Below, piece after piece: positions 13,292-27,791 of a DNA stretch of 64,000 nucleotides. Origin of the DNA: Xylographa opegraphella (lineage: Eukaryota). The notes under the pieces are model-generated. The model was not told where the DNA came from. It saw only the letters and a program-made list of their open reading frames with translations, and did not search any database. Position 1 is the first letter of the stretch; every line of letters begins with the position of its first letter. The DNA lies in assembly GCA_022813865.1 (NCBI GenBank), contig JALDZX010000031.1, positions 186,001-250,000 on the forward strand. The letters are read 5' to 3'. The translations under genes were made by a program, and so were the position numbers.

Positions 13292-14655
13292 ATGGCTTCA
13301 CCACCAGTAGAAAAGCCAGAAAATCCTGGTAGAATGGATTCGCAGCTTATGGCAGAGCCTGGCACTCCTGTCAGAACATCAAGCGAGCGTCGAGTGAGCG
13401 AACCGTCCCTGGATGAGCTCGTGTTCGAAAGGGACAAGCTGGCAGAACAGGTCAAACAGCTTAGAAAGCAACTGGAGCTAGGTTTAACCTATGACACGCT
13501 GTGAGCCATTCATTGACATGTGCTTCTCAGTAGGTATTGGGCCAAAAGAACAGGAGTGCAACGGAAGCTCTCGGAACACACGACAATACAGAAGAAAATT
13601 TCTTTGCTCAATTTCAAGCAAACTGAAGTTGAATCTGAGGAGACATGGGAGAAGTCTCCCAATGGTTTGGCATTGTTGGAGCGCGAAAAGGCATATGCCC
13701 TTTAGCACGACTTTCGAATGTACAAGCCAAAAGACTCGAGACAGGGCCGAAAGACCACCTGGGAAATTTCCGTCGAAATCTCATGCAACTTTACACCGCT
13801 AGCAAGCTTGGTCTAGGAATTGCCACAAGTGTTGGCCAATCGGACTCAACAGAGCAGGGGGAATTCCGGCAAAGTCTGATTGCAGCTTACCAAAGCGCCC
13901 ATCCAGACCAAAGGAACGATTCTCTCTGGTGTCCAATCGTCAATGATTGGGTTCTTTCGGAGAATGTCAGAGCCGCTCATATATTCCCGCACGAGCAAGG
14001 CACAAGTATGTTTCGATCAATATTCGGGCTTGAGGATTCCCTATATTCAATTAACAACGGGATCATAATGTCCTCATCAGCAGAGCAGAAGTTCCTCAAA
14101 GGCTTCTTCATTATAGTTCCACTCGTAGAGGACGAAGCTTCACCTGCCACAGTAGAAGCCTGGATTAAATCCGAACCCAAGCGGTACAAGATCCGTGTGA
14201 TCAATTCCGAAGGCCAAAAAATGGGGAAATATACCAATCTATCGTCTTAAACCACATGGAACGATCTCGATGGTAGAGAGCTTATTTTCCGCAGCAAGCA
14301 TCGTCCGAGGGCCAGGTACCTTTATTGGCACTACTGCCAAACAATCTTACGTCGATCTTGGGTCCATCAAAAGACGATAATTGCTCTGAATGACGAATTG
14401 GGAAAACCATATTGGGGAACACCGGGGCCTTTCATGAGAAAGCAGATGTTGCTTGCCTTTGTCGAGGAACTAGGCCACTCCTATGATGGCCTTATGGATG
14501 GTGTAGAGGAGGATGGGACCGACGAAGCTGTCGAGACTGCCCTGATTGCGGCGAACCACGGAATCCTCAAGTCGACAGAAGTGAGTGACACCGGCATGGC
14601 ATATGGGATTGAAGAGAGTGATGGCGATGATGACCACGACGAAATGGTATTATAG
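13292..14655 (+). pseudogene. Disrupted fungal HNH-endonuclease-domain (HNH_2-type) gene
   Basis: LWCPIV...AAHIFP...INNGIIM...KGFFIIVP, then WNDLDGRELIF...HRPRARYLYWHY and YWGTPGPFM. In-frame TAA at 14248-14250, TAG at 13703-13705, and an apparent frameshift near 13720. Confidence 0.75.
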
Positions 14656-15888
14656 CATATTTTCTGTAGCAGTGTGAGGGGCACCTTGTGCAATCCAACA
14701 AGTGATTTCGGAGTGCTGCTGAACGGCTATTTTAACTTGGATTATTATTCCGCGTGCACAGTTGGCCGTATGCCCAGAGGAAGTAGTATAAAAATGTGGA
14801 CAACCCTTGAAGCACAATGACCGAAACTTGTTTCTCCGATGATTCTTTACGAGAGCCTTAATTCCATGAGCTAAATCAAACGTAAACGTCCCAAGTGTGT
14901 GTGATATAATCCTGCGAGATCGAGAGACCCACAATCAATAATAATGATTGAGCAGAAACAACGAGTAGAATCACATATGCTCTTATCCGGCGGACCTTGA
15001 TGTAAACTCTTTCTTGGTCGAAATCGGCCTGAAGCCCATTAAGCAGTCCTACCTCCCACTGAACAACAACTGGTTGAGCACAAATCTTGATAAAAGCGAG
15101 TCTATCACTTTCGGAACGTCCTATAACCGGAACACTAGCAGAACGGAGCCGAGCTTATGTTGGAAGATTGCCCACTGAAGAATTGAATAACGGTAGAGAA
15201 CTTGGCTTGCCAGACACAGCAGGACTGAACTTGTCAGGAGGCAGTGTTTCAGAATGAGCCTTCTCGGACAGGTTGATCTCCATTAGTGAAATGATGATGA
15301 ACCGGCAACCACGATCCGGTCATTATGTATAATTGAGCAACAAAACCCCCAGAAATAAGCGAGGCGTAGTTCGTCGTCGGTGGGTCCAAACACGTGGATA
15401 GGAACGACAACTTGACGCAGCCCTCTACGCTATCAACGCATGCGCGGACCGACGGACAAATATCACGACCAGGACCCAGTGATTCATTAGTAGGTTGCTC
15501 GTGTTAGTAAAACATGTATTTCGGCCTTATGCCAGCCACCACCGGAAGGCGCAACGCCGGCGACGGTATCAGAGCTAGTTTTCGTAGCGCGACGACATCT
15601 TACACAGATGAAATACCGGCCAATGACGGCGCATTGGAAGTCATCGACGAGTTTCTTGTTCAGAAGTGGACCTTCGGTTCAGCAAGCCGAGTAGCTGCTT
15701 TCCTACATGCATTTATCCCAGAAACCCCGCATTCTTCCCCAGTCGAGGCCGCTGCGGAACAATTATTACTCCTTGATACTCCACACGATCCGCGATGCCA
15801 CGTGTGGAATTTATGATAAGCATGCTCCCAAGGACAAGAATGGGCACTGCATTATCTGGTGCCATTGGCTTGCATAGTTGTTGTCACA

Positions 15889-17717
15889 ATGGATTTCAAA
15901 ACCGCCGACCATGCAGAAACAGTCCACAGGACAGACACAGCAACCAACGAGCATGGCGAGACCGTGGGCGAGACTCGCATCCACGAGTCGCGCATGGAAG
16001 CGGCTCTGCTTGAAGAGAAACCCTTTGCATGGAGGAAAAGCTTTCTAAAGCTGTATGCGTGTATTTTTGTCGGATACCTTTGTTCTGCGACCAACGGTTT
16101 CGACGCGAACACATTCGGTATGCAATACCGCCGACACTTAACCCTATTTTGACACTGACTCTTAAGGTGGACTGTCGGCGATTCCCTCGTTTGTGGACTT
16201 CTTTGGTATAACAGCGAGTAATCAAGGGCTCGTCGCCGCTCTGTGTATGGCTGACCCTATCTTTACTCAATCTGGTATCTTCTAACAATATATGAACCTA
16301 GACGTTATCGGCAATGTTGCTGGATCATTTTTTGCAGGGCCATGCGCGGATCAATATGGTCGCAGGATCGGCATGGCAATTGGGTCGGCGATCTGTATCA
16401 TCGGAGCCGTACTCCAGGCAGCGGGTCAGAACCTCTCTACTCTCATGGCCGGTCGATTCGTCCTAGGAATGGGGGCTGTCCTTGTGCAGACGGCAGGGCC
16501 TAGCTATGTTGTGGAGATGGCATACCCGAAGTATCGAGGGCAGTTGACCGGAGGCTTCCAAGCATGCTTCTTCCTCGGTACCATTATATCAACCTGGCTT
16601 GAGTACGGCTTGAATTATTGTGATACTACTTCCTCCTTCGTCTGGCGAATACCCCTTGCCGTTCAAGGTCTGCCATCAATATTGGTCTTGATATTTGTCT
16701 GGTTTATACCCGAAAGTCCTCGCTGGTAAGCAACATTGATTTTCAGTCGTCCATGTCTCGGAGGAATATTGACTGATCCCGGCCGTCATATAGGTATATT
16801 GGCCGTGATCAGCACGAAAAAGCAAGAGAGATTCTTGTGAAATACCATGGCGATGGCAACCCAGACTCCCAGGTTGTGGCAATCGAGATGGAGGAGATGA
16901 TTGAGGTTATCAGTATTTCGGGGTCCGACCAACGTTTCTGGGACTTCGCTCCACTTTTCAGTACCCGAAGCGCCAGATATCGAACGTTCCTCGTGACATG
17001 TATTGCTTGGTTTGGGCAATTAGACCTTCCCCCAACATCTTATTACTTCCCATTGATGGCGGCGACCGCCGGAATCACAAGTGTGCAGACTCAACTCTTA
17101 CTCAATGCTCTCCAGACACCGATAATGATGGTAGCGGCATTGTGTGGCCTGCGCTTTGTCGAAAAATTAGGCAGACGAAAATTACTTATGTTTTCAAGCG
17201 CTGGGATGTCAGCCAGCGTTATTGTGATAACAGCTTGCACGGCAAACCAAGCTGGTAAGCCAGCAGTTGGTGGCACCGGCGTTGCTTTCCTATATGTGTT
17301 CTTGGTAGTCTTTGCTTTTGCTTGGGTATGGAGACGTCACTCTTCTCTCAATGAATCTAATGCTAACAGATATAGACACCAATGCAATCACTGTATCCAT
17401 CAGAAGTTCTACCATTCAACACTCGGGCCAAGGGTCTGGCTTACATGAACTTTATGGTAAACTGCGTTAATATTCTTAACACATATGTTCCACCAGTAGC
17501 CATTACAAACAGTGGATGGCGGTTCTACATCCTCTATATTGTTTGGGATGCCTTCGGGGTAGTGATCGTCTATTTCTTCTTTGTGGAAACCAAAGGACGA
17601 AATCTGGAAGAACTCGATCAGATCTTCGAATCCGACCATCCCGTCAAAGCAAGTTTTGAGACCAAAACGGCGTTAACCAAAGAGGATGGAACTATCAAGG
17701 TAGTTGATCATGAATAG
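15889..17717 (+). CDS. MFS sugar porter, lactose permease / cellodextrin transporter-like
   Basis: YLCSATNGFD, ADQYGRRIG, AGRFVLGMG, YVVEMAYPKYRG, IPESPRW, KYHGDGN, VEKLGRR, YPSEVL...RAKG and ETKGRNLEEL; canonical introns. Confidence 0.92.
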
Positions 17718-18408
17718 ATCGATAATAACACATCCCCTCGGTTTAGATCTCTTTAAATCTAGACCAAACCTAGAAATAATATGATTCGTTTGCTTACGGA
17801 TCCATTACAAAGACAACGGCGGCTTGAGCCATGAATGAAGAATGAATACTGAAGTATATGAAACATGATAGCTCAACGTAAATACAAACTATTGATGTGA
17901 TGACATAACAAGCTCTCCAGTCCTGCGATTTCGATGTTCCGAACAGAACAGAAACCTGGCTGGGGGTCGCTCGCAGACTGAATGCTTCCGATATTGGAGA
18001 AGAAACAGAGAGACATATTCATGGTCCTTTCATGGACTCACCAGAAGGTATAGAAAATAGGGTAGTCGTACTAAAATGCATCGTGTTCTAACTGCATTTT
18101 GAGAAGTCCCACAAGCTCCGAGTTCAAGTGTTTGAAAGCGGCATGGCAGCGGAGGGCAGGGGTCTGTACATTTATACATACCGAGATATCTTAGCGTCAG
18201 CGAACCACAGGACAACTTTAGCTTTTCAAAACCGATTATCAGTTCGAGCGCGTTCCAAGAGTTATTATGGGCTTCGACTTCCATTACTTGGGGTTGCACG
18301 TCTGCTCCCTTGATCATGGGCTCCTGGGGTTTGTTATAAGAGCATAAATCGAAATGCTGTCTACGCGTCGACCAGCTCCCACTTCATGCTGCTCTCTGGT
18401 CTTTCATC

Positions 18409-21400
18409 ATGTCCTCTGCCAACCCTAGACCGTCGGTCGACAATTCTACGTCGCCCCAGTCGTACAGGTCTTCTAATCAGTACCCTTTCCCTCAGCATGA
18501 TACACCACAACGACCTGGCTCAAGCTGCCTGCACTCAAGAAGAACTTCGACCGCAAGCTCAATTACTTCTGTTGGAGGTATCCTGGAGACAGCTTCACAG
18601 GCGCGGGGAAGTTCGATAATAGAGTCAGGAAATAATGGTTAGTCCAATGGTGAACTTTTCGCGGCCAGGGCGCTCATCTTATGCGATTTAGCCATTTCGA
18701 CGCTGCTTCAGCCGCCAATTGTCCGTACTGGCCTTCTGCCACACACATCCGGCATCGGCGCCCAGAAAGCTCCTTCGACTCGTGACATACCTCCTGTGAC
18801 CCTTGCCAATATTCCTCACATTGACAATAGCGTCTTCAAACCATACCTTTCCCAAGCAGGATCCTTGTACGAAGCTTTTAGGCGAGCGAAAGACGGAAGT
18901 GACAATGGCAGGCCACTCTCAAGTCGAAGAGCCTCAAAAGGGGAGCAAGGAATGCCGGATGCGTTCTATCACGGAATGCAGAGAAAGACCTCGGGGCTCA
19001 CCAGCTCTCCCAGGATGGACTCCTCAACCTGGACACAGATTTCACCTGTGGAGGCTCCTCAACCTAGACGAAGGACGAGCGGTGGCATATCGCGAAGGCC
19101 CGGTCTTGCAGTTGCGCCACTGTCAACGATCCCGCAAGTGTATTTCGAGTCCGAGTTTCATCTGGAAAATCCAAGAACATTTGACATTGTAAGTGAAAGA
19201 TCCGAGATTGTACAGCCACCGGCAATAACAAATGGCGCTGCCGTCACGGCCGGAACTACTGGTAAGAAAGCTCTGGCGTCAAATGCTATTTTGCAGGAAA
19301 AGTTATCTTGGTACATGGACACCGTTGAGATACATCTGATTTCCTCGATATCTTCTGCATCCACCAGCTTCTTTGCTGCTCTCGGATCATTGCGAGAACT
19401 ACATTCTGAAGCAGCTCAATCGGTCAAGAATATCAAGAAGCTCCGTTGTGAACTCATGAGCTTGGATCAAGATATGGCAATAAGCGGGCTTAAGATTGTC
19501 GCCATGAGAAGGAGACGAGAGAATATGCGGAAGCTTGGAAATGCAGTGGACCAACTACGTGAAGTCGTGGAGTCTGTGACTCGATGCGAAGAACTTGTTG
19601 ATAATGGTGAGATCGAGACCGCTCTAAATGGATTGTCTAATGTAGAGAATCTCATGGCTGGTGACACTATTGACTCCATGGTTTCAAACTCAAGCCGGAG
19701 GGTTCTTAGCCAAAATGGTAGTCTGGTCGACTTACGAGGCATTAAAGCGCTCGATGGTGCTGCTGGTGACATAGCATTTCTCCGAAAAAGGATAGGTAAA
19801 GCTTTTGAAGCTAGATTCCTTGATACTCTATTAGGAGATATTCGGTGGCATGTAGACACTGTGCCTTCCAGTAAAACTTTTCAGCGTTGGGATCAAGCCT
19901 CAAATCGATTTCGTGTCGGCCACATTCGGACACCGACAGAATTTCCAGCATATCTTCAGATAGAAGGCAGTCTGCGCTCGGCTTTGCTTTCGCAGCTCAA
20001 AGGATTAGCAAGGTCAGAATATATCATGCCTGCTGCAATAGCATACCGTGAGGCAATCCTCCGAGAATTCAAAAGCCTTATACGGAGGCATTTACCTAGT
20101 TCCAGTGATGATGATACCGAATCAACAACTTCAATCGCTACACAGGAAAGTCGACACACAACACCACAAGAGAGATCGTCAATTCTCGCTCGAAATTTGC
20201 GGGCTCTAGATGCTGCAGATGCGGAAGAGATGTTCAAAAATATATACTCGAACACTGGAGAAGCTCTTAGGCGTCTGGGGACACAGGTCAAGCTGCTTCT
20301 CGATATCACAAGCAGTTTAGGAAACCCTCACCCTAACATGTCCTTGAGATCTCCTCCGAGAAGTCCGCAGCTAGCCTCGATTGACGGCTATCTTAATTCA
20401 GCACCCAGCCCTCTTCCACCACCGGCGTCAATAAAGCAAGAGGAAATCCAACAAGCCCTGGACCTTTCTAGCCTTTTAGGCCAAGCAGTTGACATTGCTC
20501 AAATTCAAATCACGAAGATACTCAAGGTCAGGACAGATCAGACTACTGCTTCAGATTTGACAAGCTTTCTACGCTATTTCACTTTGAATAGGCTGTTTGC
20601 TGATGAGTGCGAAGGCGTCTCCGGGCGCGGCGGAACTGCACTCAAAACCGTCGTCAACGACCATATCAGAACCTTCGTTAGTCACATTGCTGATCTGGAG
20701 AGAGAGCGGTTGCTTTCGACAATGGATACAGACACATGGGATGCCAAAGACTTCACTCAAGACGCTTCTGACAGGCTTTCACGCATCATCACTTCAAGCA
20801 CCAAAGATGTCGACTCCTGGTACAGGAGCTCGTTGTTGTGGGAAGACGAGGGTGTGACGACCGGACAAACATCGAGCAATGGGATACCAATCAATGGTAC
20901 CCAGCAAATCTCTAAGGATAAGGTCCGCAGTGCTGTTATCGACGAGGAGAAGTTCATACTACCCGAATCCGCCATTGCAGTTTCACGAGGCATCGAGGCA
21001 TTCGAACATCTCCTTACAGGCATTCCAAGCATGACTCAGGAAATTTCGAGCTCGCTCCTTGAGTACCTGAAAGTTTTCAATTCTCGATCTTCGCAGTTGA
21101 TTCTCGGTGCTGGGGCTACTCGGAGTAGTGCGGCACTGAAAAACATAACCACGAAGCATTTGGCGTTGTCCTCACAGGGTCTGAGCTTTGTCAAAGCACT
21201 CATCCCCTATATTCGCGAATTTGTTCGCAGGCATGTTTCCAGTTCTGGGAACCTTATGATGGATTTTGACAAAGTAAAACGCCTCTTCCAAGAACATCAA
21301 TCGGGGATACATGACAAGCTTGTTGAGATAATGAGTGGAAGAGCCGCAGCGCATGTCAATACCATGAAGAAAATAGACTGGGATCAGCCGGTGCAAAACG

Positions 21401-21831
21401 AGGCGGTCAATGGATATATGGAAACACTTGTGAAGGAGACAACTACTTTGCACAAGGTTCTTAGCAGACATTTGCCAGGCGATTCCGTACAGATGATTAT
21501 GGGCCCAGTAGTGGAGAGCTATAAAGACTTATGGGGCAAGGCATACAGAGCCGTGGAAGTGAAGACTCCGAATGCCAAAGAGAGGTATGTCAAATATTTA
21601 GTGACAGAGATTTATACGAAGCTAATTTTTACCAGACTACTCCGAGACGCCGAGTATCTCAAAGCTCGTGTTGGCAAGCTTGATGGCTCCGGCGATATTG
21701 GAGATTATCTTGTAAATGTCATCAACGAGAAGTCTGTGGAGACTGAGTCTCGGCCAAGAGGCAGGACTCCAGAACCGGATCGACAACCAACTGAAAACCC
21801 AAGGACGAATGGCAATTCAGACGGGCCCTAA
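18409..21831 (+). CDS. VPS54: GARP complex subunit Vps54
   Basis: AISTLLQPPIVRTG, FHLENPRTFD, LQEKLSWYMDTVEIHLI..ISSAS.SFF.ALGSL, and the C-terminal FNSRSSQLILGAGA...LKNITTKHLAL; 3 exons. Confidence 0.95.
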
Positions 21832-23810
21832 TGTATCTCTGAATCTTTCTGTATATTGATGGCGCGTCACGAGAACGGAAGGTTTGCAGCCTATTCCATA
21901 GCTCATGTACCTAGTGTGTGCGCCGCCAGTCTCTGTAAGACAAGATTATACTGGTAGGGATCAGCACTTGATCTTGTGCTTAGCTATCCCAATCCTCCAT
22001 TGAGGGACAAGATATCACCTATTATCACCGCCCACGCGAAAACATACGTATCTCAATGACTATCCAGCCGTTTGAGACGATATTTCTCACACGCCGCACG
22101 AGTCACGAAGGGCGAAGTCGCACTCCTTCCCTTTCCTCAAATCACCCTGATATGTAGAGACGCTATATATATCACACCAAGTGCAGTGTGATTCCATGGT
22201 CTACACAGCCTGCTTCTTCCATACGACGGGGGAATGGAGAACCGAGAAACATAACCAGCCCACTCGATCATTCTATCTTGTATCGAAACGAGAGCTTGAT
22301 TCCGTTTCGATGCCGTGACGCGGATCGAATTCTACCATATTGTTTGTACCTTATCCTGCCTGCTCGAGGGTATGCCTGTCTTTACGGAGCTAGATATTAC
22401 ATACAAAAGGATATTTCACAGCAGAAGATCTGGGTCTGCTAGCGAGATCGATAACTGGCAGAGTTATTGTGAGAATGACAGCTACTCATCACCGCCGGCG
22501 TTAGTCTGGGTGGAAGCGGTATTATGGTATTGACTGTCTCTTCAGCCGCCTTTGCTGCCAAGTCGTATTAGGATTCTTTGAAACCTAGAAGGCTTTATAT
22601 CCAGATTGAGAGCCTCCGCTGCTCCTCCGTGCAGTTTTTTGATTATGAGTTACCTCGGCAAGGTTTTTCGGGGAACTGATGCATTACGAAGTGAGAGATA
22701 TGAGGAGTCCTTTGCACTGGCTCAGGTCACTGAAGTTGTGTTCGATGTTCCGAACAAATATCGCGTCGTCCGGTGTGAGTCTCGAGAGACAAAGAGCATC
22801 ATCGGACTCTGGGGCCTCTGATTATATGGTAACCCTGTTTTGAGTACGTCACCACTATATCTATCGTTTACGCATCGACTGGCTATGAGCTGGCAATATG
22901 TATCCTCGTACGTCCGGAGCACGGATGAAAGCTGGTGCTGTTGTGTAAGATTTCAAGCAGGGTAGATGGAGTCGTCTGCAAATTCAGTCTCATTTGCCAA
23001 TCCGGCTTACGGTTGTGTACAAGGTCTGTATGACTTGCCAGCAACTTAGCTAAATATTACGTTCCTGCCTCTGCAGCTTAGATTGAAGACCTCGTGTCTG
23101 CAACCTGGTGATTTGACTGTCGACCCTTGGGACTTGACTTGGTACACGCTTTTCGCCTCCTCGGTTTTCTTCGATTGATCAGATGCGTCGCTAGAAAGTT
23201 TGCTCGTGCTTCGATGCGAAGTCCCTATTCCTACACTCCAATAATGAAGGGATGTGGTCAGAAGCCATGTGCCCGCCGCAAGCATCAGGATCCTTGGATT
23301 CTTGCCTGCTGATTTGATATCTCGGCACCCTTACCATGTAACGAAACAAATAGTATCACGCAGACCAAGAGACACCATGGTCATGACTTCAGCTACGAAA
23401 TCGAACACCACGTATTGTGGATCATGCTAGACACAGCTATGCCGGGCCCAGCCGACCACAAAGTAGTGGAAATGATGATGGGTTCACTGTCATGTCCGGT
23501 AGATCTCATGTGACTGAGGAACTCAATCGTCGAGCAATTTTGGGGGCCTTCGCTCCTTCCGGACATTTAAAGGCGTATGTGGTTTCCTTGGTCCCATGTG
23601 GCGCTTCTTTCGTCGAAGCTTATCGCTCTATAGTCTTCAGAAACAGGAGACCAATATAATGCTCTTCTTCAGGCGAAAGCGTCCTCGGTGGGAAGCATTG
23701 ATATTGAAGGGCACAGCATGAAGCCAGAAGACCCCTTCACGCTCAAAGACTGTGCTTATAGGAAGATGAATGACACGTAGGGAAGGAGGTCCTAGGGAGT
23801 CCTTCCAATT

Positions 23811-23820
23811 ATGACGTCAT
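23811..23820. promoter_or_regulatory. Perfect CRE/ATF palindrome upstream of glycogen synthase
   Basis: ATGACGTCAT about 590 bp before the glycogen synthase ATG. Motif match only. Confidence 0.4.
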
Positions 23821-24404
23821 TATCTTAGCCCCGTGAGCGCCAAGCATCGTGGCCGACGCCGGCACGACATAACTCCGTCCCTCCCCCAAGGATGCATTCT
23901 ACCGTCCACCTCCACATTCCTGCCTCCACCCCGCAGCACAAATGGGCACGCCTGCCTGTATCCTGTCTAGCGTGGCTAGCTCCGAGTGCGGGCACCAACC
24001 TCTCCATTCTGCAGCTTCGTCCCAGCAAACTGTCTTTGTCTGTTTCACTCTGTACTCATATCCACCATTTCGCGTCAAGTCGTATGGTGTTGCTGTTGTC
24101 AAATACCTGCTTCTTGAGTTTCTCTTCAGCTGTATCTCTGCAATTGACCCACGTAGCCCAATAGCACAGCTCCGAAGCAGGGCTGTTGAGTTGAATCCAC
24201 CCCAAAAATGTGGGGAAGCTCCGCCTAGCTCCACCCAACCAGCGTTATTCTGTCATAAGATTCTGCCAATCACTAACCGAGACTTTTACCCCAAAGCATA
24301 GAATTCCTGTCCCTTCCTCTCCTGCCTCAACCTCCCAGTCTGGGGACCATTTCTCATACAGTGAGAGTCTTTTGGCACCGACACGGTCACTCGCTCGAGT
24401 CGCG

Positions 24405-26837
24405 ATGGCTTCTGAAATCGCTGGGTCCCACACCAACGGCACCATGGAGGATGCAGGCTCGGCGCATCGCAGCATAAAGGATCATATGCTGTTTGAGATC
24501 TCCACAGAAGTAGCCAACCGAGGTGAGACGCTCTGTCTTAACACAGTTCATGAACAGGAAGACTAATCCTATAACCAGTTGGTGGGATCTACTCCGTCAT
24601 CAAGTCCAAAGCCCCAGTCACTACAGCAGAATATGGGGATAGATACACACTCATCGGGCCTCTCAACCGCGCCTCTGTAAGCACAAACCCATCTTGGAAT
24701 CGTGTTTTGAAACTCATACATGCAGGCCGCCGTCGAGGTGGAGCCTCTGACTCCTACCAATCCCGAACTTGCCGAGTCCATAACACGGATGCAAGATCGA
24801 GGAATTGGGCTCGTGTATGGACGATGGTTGATTGAAGGTGCTCCGCGCGTTCTTTTGATTGATACCAAGACCGGCTATCGTTGGTTAGACGAGTGGAAAG
24901 CCGATCTTTGGAACACGGCCGGTATTCCCTCGCCCCCAGGCGATGATGAGACCAACGAAGCAGTTGTCTTTGGATACCTGGTGGCTTGGTTTCTTGGCGA
25001 GGTTTGTTGCTTTTGAGGGCTGGAACTTGCTGCCGCTGACATGATTCAGTTCGTCTCCCACGAAAAGAAGAGAGCTATCATTGCACATTTCCACGAATGG
25101 CTAGCTGGAGTTGCACTTCCTCTTACGAAGAAGCGTCGTATAGACGTCACCACAATCTTTACGACTCATGCTACCTTGCTAGGGCGGTATCTCTGTGCTG
25201 GTTCGGTTGATTTCTACAACAATCTACAATACTTCGATGTTGATGCTGAAGCCGGGAAGCGAGGTATCTACCACCGCTACTGCATAGAACGAGCAGCTGC
25301 GCATGCTACGGATGTCTTTACGACGGTCTCACACATCACTGCGTATGAGAGCGAACACCTCCTAAAGCGCAAGCCAGATGGCGTGTTACCAAATGGCCTC
25401 AACGTCAAGAAGTTCTCTGCAATGCATGAATTCCAAAATCTGCACCAGCAGTCAAAAGAGAAAATTGCGGATTTCGTGCGCGGCCACTTCTATGGTCATC
25501 CCGGTTTCGATGCAGAGAACACTCTTTACTTCTTCACTGCTGGTCGATATGAATATCGCAATAAGGGCGTCGATATGTTCATTGAGTCCTTGGCGCGCCT
25601 TAACCATCGTCTCAAAACATCCGGCTCGAAGGTGACTGTTGTTGCATTCATTATTATGCCAGCGCAAACACAGTCCTTGACTGTCGAGGCGCTGAAGGGA
25701 CAAGCTGTCATTAAGTCACTGCGTGATACTGTTGAGGTTATCGAGCGACAAGTTGGCAAACGGCTGTTTGAACGCTGCTTGAATTGGCACGATGGCGATG
25801 ATCTGCCAGACGACAAAGACTTATTGAGCAGCTCAGATAAAATTATGATCCGGCGCCGACTATTTGCGATGAAGCGCAATGGTCTTCCGCCAATCGTGAC
25901 CCACAATATGGCCAACGACGGCGAGGATCCAATTCTCAACCAGATTCGGCGAGTGCAGCTGTTCAACCATCCTTCCGATCGCGTTAAAATCGTCTTCCAC
26001 CCGGAATTTCTCAATTCTGCCAATCCCGTGCTTCCACTTGACTACGATGACTTTGTTCGTGGTACACATTTGGGAGTATTCTCATCCTACTACGAACCAT
26101 GGGGATATACTCCAGCGGAATGTACAGTGATGGGTGTTCCGAGTATCACGACCAACTTATCAGGATTTGGGTGCTACATGGAGGAATTGATTGAAAATGC
26201 GTCAGACTACGGTATTTATATTGTGGATCGCCGCACCAAAGGCGTGGATGATTCAGTCAATCAGCTCACACAATTCATGTTCGACTTCGCCGGCAAGTCT
26301 AAACGACAGCGTATCAACCAGCGTAACCGGACCGAGCGTCTGAGTGATTTACTCGATTGGAAGCGGATGGGTATGGAGTATGTGAAGGCTCGGCAGTTAG
26401 CTCTCCGAAGAGGTATACCATGACGAACATGTGTTACTACTCCCTACTGCAAACTAACAAGTCGTAGCTTATCCTGGATCATTCGATGATGACTATGACG
26501 AGGAGAATCTATTCGATGCTATTGAACCAAAGCTTACGCGACCACTCTCTGTTCCGGGCTCTCCTAGAGATCGCTCCGGCATGATGACACCAGGCGACTT
26601 TGCATCGTTACAAGAGGGCCGTGAAGGTTTAAGCACGGAAGATTACATTGCGTGGAAGTTGCCGTGAGTGTTTGTCAGCACATGTTAGATTGAGCCATTT
26701 TGCTAAAACATACATGTAGAGAGGAGGAGGACCCTGATGAGGTTTACCCTTTCCCGCTAACGCTGCGCGCGCCCAAGAGACCCCTAGGTCCCAATTCGCC
26801 CGTCGAAGGCCTTGCGAACGGGTCTTCTCAAGCTTGA
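24405..26837 (+). CDS. GSY1: Glycogen [starch] synthase (GT3)
   Basis: [63 protein letters not shown] and the C-terminal phospho-region [12 protein letters not shown] at 26835-26837. Confidence 0.97.
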
Positions 26838-27791
26838 TACGGGTTTCCAGCATGGTGACATAAATCGTTACTCTGAGGGTGCATGCATACAGATCATTGT
26901 GCTTCGAAGCAGAGGGAGAAGAGGAGGATTGTACAGACTGCTGAATCGACATGGGGCCAAAGTGGGCTCTCTGCATCTGCAGAGTCGTAATCGATGTGCT
27001 TTGAGATCGGTGTACTTGAGTGCATGTCTGCTGGTGGAGGTGCTGACTTTTCTTGGATGCTGATTCCCCGGTGAGGCCGATGCTATTGCTCCTGTACGAT
27101 AGGCGCTCCCTTCATGGCTGTTTTGTACGTCAATGGTACAACTTGCTTCCGCATACACCCTCTGCCGGATATTAGGAGACGTGGTAGATTAGATGATAGA
27201 AGCGATGCGTCGAGCGCAGCTTTATCTACGTTGTACTCATGCTGCGCTTTGCTGTGATGAGGGTGTGGCATGTAGCTGTGAGCTAACGTTCAGAGTGACA
27301 CGCACCCGACAAAGCTATTGTCCTTCCATGGTATTTCCGTACTGGCTATGTTGAGCGTAGGGGATAGGGGCTATGTAAGAGCTTTCCTCCCTGCATGCTA
27401 CACCAGCGATAAATCATCCGAGCTTGAGTAGGACGTCGCTTCCTGGGTACCAAAGCTACGAACCTGTTGATGGGGAGGGCAACGCACAGAGACCGGGGTG
27501 AGAAATCCGTCGCCATTTTTTTTTTCAGGATAGATCATGTGGGAATGACAAAGGGTGAAATGCGACGGAGAGGTGGAGGGCGACGAGCGAGAAACAGAGG
27601 GGGGAAAAAGGGGTAGGAGATTGTTTATAGTATTAAGATTCGATTCGGGAACAAAGTGGCTCTGAGGAGGGCCGGGGTATTCTGGCCAGAGATATTACGC
27701 TCTTGTAGCACCGACTGATCTCTACGCTTTGTGTATCACCTCTCGCACATGCCGTTGCAAGTGCCTCAACCAAGTCAAGACAATCTCATTT

